From: Anthoceros angustus
Taxonomy: Eukaryota; Plantae; Anthocerotophyta
Direction of reading: 5' to 3'
Length of the DNA: 64,000 nucleotides
NCBI GenBank assembly: GCA_010909165.1
Contig: MU008163.1
Span: 992,001 to 1,056,000 of the forward strand
Position numbers and translations under genes: made by a program. Numbering within the stretch: the first letter of the stretch is position 1; every line of letters starts with the position of its first letter. Shown one piece after another: positions 60,420 through 64,000 of the stretch. Below the pieces are notes generated by a model. The model was not told where the DNA came from and did no database searches. It saw only the letters and a program-made list of their open reading frames with translations.

Positions 60420-61287
60420 TCACTGGCTGGAGATGCTGTCAAGCTGGTCACGTATTTTGTACAGGGAGTCCAACATCGTTGTCAACGAGGGTCGGGTGAC
60501 CTGGAACTGGTGGCGCTTGCTGGTGTCTATTTTGTTGATGCCGTCGTCCCTGACCTGCGAGGATGAGAGAAAGTGAGTGGAGGGGTGCGGTGCTCTGGAA
60601 GCAGGGAGGAAGACGGGAGAAAGGGAAGGTTTCACAGCATGCGCAGTAGATGCTTGCCTTGAGGTGGACGGTGGCCCTTGGAGGAGCTGATGGCTCACCG
60701 GGCGGGGAGACTTGCCAGGACAGAGATTCCAGGCGAGGTAAGCTGATCTGTGGAGCTCAGGGTTAGGGTTCGTCATCAGTGCCTGCCATGCACGCGGATG
60801 TTGCAACCGGAGGTGGGACGGAGAGTGCACCTGTGACTTGATGGCCTGCTCTCGCCAGGCCTGTTGCTCCTTCACGATGATCTGCTCCAGCAGGCGCCGG
60901 AGCTGAGGGTGGAAATCCTTCGGGAAGAGAGCTTGAATGCCGTCCTCCGTCAGAGACTCGTACACGCATTTACGGATGAAGAGAATCAAGGTTTGCAGAA
61001 GCTGCTTGAGAGAGCAAGAGTTAGGTTGCATGTTTGCGGCATGTGAATGAATTATCGACAACTTGATGCAAAGACAGGCAAGGGATAGAGAAGCTCACCA
61101 GGTCCTGCTCACCCTCATCCGTGATGCCGAGCTGGTTCTGGAGTAGCGAGATGAGCGAAGCCGGCAAATCCTCCCGAACCACAGCGTTCCTGCTTCCGTA
61201 AGCCTCACTCACAATCCGGGCTACGACATCCTTGGAAGGAGATTGGAGCAGCATAAGCAGCGGTTCCAACTGCAATGGTGAGGCCAT
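60420..61287 (-). CDS. COMMD9: COMM-domain protein 9 homolog (195 aa); exons 61287-61099, 61004-60831, 60747-60658, 60554-60420
   Basis: FPKDFHPQLRRLLEQII....WREQAIKSQISLPRLESLSW...LTTMLDSLYKIRDQLDSIS parallels animal COMMD9 (LPRLVDLDWRV...LDTMLDGLGRIRDQLS); the third intron needs a GC donor. Confidence 0.85.
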
Positions 61288-62275
61288 CTCTTAACCACGT
61301 CAAATCCCCCCTCCAACAGTCCCTCGGAGGTCGCTGCCGGCACCCAAACCCGCCACGCTCTGCTGTGAACCAGAATGAAGTGGAATCACCGCTGCTGCCA
61401 TCCCCGTCTTGCAAGCAAACCTCAACCTCTGGATGTCCCTGCCATCGAGAAGCCCTAAGCTCGTCCACTCTAAGGTCTGCAAGCAAGAACACATAAGACC
61501 TTATGAAATCGGAGACACAGCATGTAGCCTGTCCCGCAGATGGAACACAGGATGTACCTATGCCGACTTCGCGCGAACCGCCATAAACAGTAACTTTACA
61601 ACCTAACATACTTTACATTGCGAGAAATGAACACGGCTCGTGCAACGGGCAAGAAAGGGCCTGTACTGTACTGTGCTGTTTCGTAAGGTGACAATCACAA
61701 TGAGCTTCTGCAAGAAAGGGCCTGGACGTTGGAATTGCCACCATCAAGCATCCAGGGGCAGCACGTTGCGAGCATGCAACAATCACAAAAGCTTAGGTTT
61801 GAATGATACAATTTAATTTTGAACTAGAGCGCTAGCACTGCATCTCATTCGATGCATGTGCCTAGTGCATTGAACGGCAAAAAACAGCCTCATTCTGTCA
61901 TCCCCCACTTGTCAATTCCTATTCTTTAGAAAAACAACTAACAGTCGGCCTTCAGAACACAGGAATGTCCAGCACCACATCTGTGCTAGACTTCCATCTC
62001 CCCATCAGAAAACTACTAGTAAGAACCACCAGAAACTATGAGCATATCATGCACTTGATGGGGATCAACCGCGGACGGTTTCAACAGATTAGCAGCCTCC
62101 GTTGGCGAGGATCGATCTCCACCTGCCATTCTTCAAGCTGTGGACACTGTCACCTCACAAACTGTGAATAAAGGACTGCAACGTGCAGTGCACCTGCCGC
62201 CAAAGAGGCTGCCAGATGCAGACACGCAAGGACTTGGACTGAAGGAGAGCTCAATTCTGCGGGCTGCTGCCATGC

Positions 62276-62779
62276 TTAGTAACCGCACAGCCCGAAGACG
62301 CACGACTCCCCATATGCGCATTTCTTCTTGCATCCACCGCAGTTATGCTTGTCCCGATTCACATTCTTGCACTTCCCGGAGCAGCAGATACGGCCGGCCT
62401 CGCAGGTGTGATAGCATTTGCCGCAGTGCTCGGGGTTCGTGTCCAGGTCGTAGCAAGACGCCCCGCAGCATGCGTTGTTTGGAATTTTGCTGTTCAGACA
62501 GGCAGAAGGCTGGATGACGCAGCCACCGCGGGGTCGCCCCGACGTGTATCCTCCCCCACCATAAGAAGAGCTCGCGGTGTTCAATGTCACCCCAGCAGTT
62601 CTCGTCTGCGGCTCCCAGACGCTTCTCGGGACAGAGCTGACCCCTTCCCGCTCTTCATTCAATGCAAAACTCTCAGCGCCTTTCCCGTCGGCCTCCACAC
62701 CCCATGAACTCACACAAAGCAGCACAAGCACTGCCGCCGTCACCATCACCATCTTCAAACATGCGAAGTATACTGCCAT
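62276..62779 (-). CDS. STIG1-family secreted cysteine-rich protein (167 aa, single exon)
   Basis: Signal peptide; CC...C.DL.TN..HCG.C...C..G..CC.G.C.N...D..NCG.C...C..G..C.FG.C.Y. Confidence 0.93.
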   Translation of the reverse strand: MAVYFACLKMVMVTAAVLVLLCVSSWGVEADGKGAESFALNEEREGVSSVPRSVWEPQTRTAGVTLNTASSSYGGGGYTSGRPRGGCVIQPSACLNSKIPNNACCGASCYDLDTNPEHCGKCYHTCEAGRICCSGKCKNVNRDKHNCGGCKKKCAYGESCVFGLCGY

Positions 62780-62967
62780 CGAAACCTACCAGGAAATCCA
62801 CAAATCCGTCATCACACAGCGGGAACCAAACACGCTCTTCACTCACAGCAACAAAATCCTCACCAACACCCGCATTCATGAATTCACGGTACCTCGAGCT
62901 CGAGACCAAACCTCAGCTGCAGCCCCGATCGAGCTAAATCCACGCCAATGCCGCCTCCCGAACCAGA

Positions 62968-63444
62968 TCAAACAGCGCTCTTGAAATTCGGCTCGCTATC
63001 AGTCTCGAAACCGGCCGATCGCCTTCCGCAGATGCCACGGAATGCTATCGGAAGGTCGGCAACAACGCGAGTGCGACAGGGCAAGCGGCGCCCACGATTC
63101 GCGTCACCAACAAAGCAGAAACTGGAAACCGATAGAGCGGGAGCTTCGCGCGTGAGCCCGCCACGAGCCAAGTGTGCCTGGTAACCTACGTGCGCCCGCG
63201 TGGACCTCCATATAACTTCATTTCGCATCATTCCAAAGAGGCCTCCATTTCTTTCCGCCATCTTTCGTAAGCTTATCCTGCAATAAGAAGGGTCATCATG
63301 AAAGCAAGGCGCCCGCCACAATTCCGCTTTAACTGCAGTTGAGCTCGAGTTAACAATAGTTAAGTCACCCGAGGCCAAGAACCTCACGGCTCGTAATGGC
63401 CTTGGAGTTGAATGAACTAAACCCGCCCGTAGGTGACCGCCCAC
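62968..63444 (-). CDS. Unassigned ORF, weakly bulb-lectin-like
   Basis: 158-aa ATG ORF with FLASGDLTIVNSS...LW and NGGLFGMMRNEVIWRS; resemblance only. Confidence 0.2.
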   Translation of the reverse strand: MGGHLRAGLVHSTPRPLRAVRFLASGDLTIVNSSSTAVKAELWRAPCFHDDPSYCRISLRKMAERNGGLFGMMRNEVIWRSTRAHVGYQAHLARGGLTREAPALSVSSFCFVGDANRGRRLPCRTRVVADLPIAFRGICGRRSAGFETDSEPNFKSAV

Positions 63445-63780
63445 GAGCGTTATGTGGGAGGCAGGTCCTTTCGCGCTCGCGCTCCCGCTCCCGCGACCAG
63501 TTCGTTATTAACCACCTTCAGGGGCGGCAACCCGCTGGGCGCCGACCACAGGACGGCGACCGGGGCGTTCCTGTAGCTAGGGCTTTGCAGGTAAGCTGCC
63601 CGCGCTTGCCGCGCTGCCCGGGGCGTGAGCCGCGATCATGAATTGATGCCTGTTCCACTGGACAAGCACACACCGAGTGTAGGCGACGAGTGCAACTTGT
63701 GAGACGCGCTGCTAGCTCGTGTTCAGTGATTCGCGTCTCGTGTCCAGATCGCGGCGAGCGCTGTTGGAAGCGCGCAAGCT

Positions 63781-64000
63781 ATGGCGGCAGAGGATGTGGA
63801 TGCGGGATGGGGTGGATTGGTGGCGGAGGGAGCGGGTATGAGGCTACCGGGATCTATTCCAGCAAGCTCCCTACCATCACGTTGCCGGACGGGAACTCGG
63901 CAGCGGGATTGTGAATCACATTTTCGAGGAGACGCGGAAGCATGGACGGTGGGAGAAGGTCGCCTTGGTGGATGCCACAACCGGGGAGGCGCTCACGTTC
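63781..64000 (+). CDS. 4-coumarate-CoA ligase-like (AMP-binding) gene, 5' end; apparent indels; runs off the window
   Basis: SGYEATGIYSSKLPTITLP...IVNHIF...KVALVDATTGEALTF matches the 4CL-like N-terminus (SGY..DGIY.S.RP...LP...A..D..TG..LTF) across two frames. Confidence 0.8.
   Translation, partial: MAAEDVDAGWGGLVAEGAGMRLPGSIPASSLPSRCRTGTRQRDCESHFRGDAEAWTVGEGRLGGCHNRGGAHV

Overview
Eukaryotic nuclear DNA from a non-seed land plant. A hornwort or similar is inferred from the PLS-class PPR expansion, a SHIPPO/ODF3-type flagellar protein, COMMD9 and compact genes with ~100-bp GT-AG introns. There are no CRISPR arrays, rRNA genes or intact tRNA genes. About 1-46.9 kb is largely transposon-derived and holds only a few host genes: a phytocyanin, a ~24-repeat SHIPPO protein, Lhca3 and several decayed PLS-PPR copies. 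About 47-64 kb is a gene-dense block: an intact PLS-E PPR, plastid lipoyl synthase, RPS13, a stellacyanin, a PQ-loop transporter, COMMD9, a STIG1-like gene and the start of a 4CL-like gene. The main finding is two unrelated mobile elements that each carry a DNA methyltransferase. (1) A Ty3/Gypsy-type retroelement (30178-36170, minus strand) reads gag - aspartic protease - C5 cytosine methyltransferase (motifs I, II, IV, VI, VIII, IX, X) - truncated RT start, with an odd split-LTR layout. (2) An intron-containing ParB-like + beta-class amino (m6A/m4C) methyltransferase gene occurs as a long copy (8.35-12.36 kb), a copy inside a TIR-bounded DNA transposon (38713-43289) and a 3' fragment (6.26-6.86 kb). 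Single-base and homopolymer deletions in conserved genes (Lhca3, SHIPPO, 4CL-like) suggest long-read consensus errors, so many apparent frameshifts may not be real. All domain calls come from motif recognition by eye; no searches were run.
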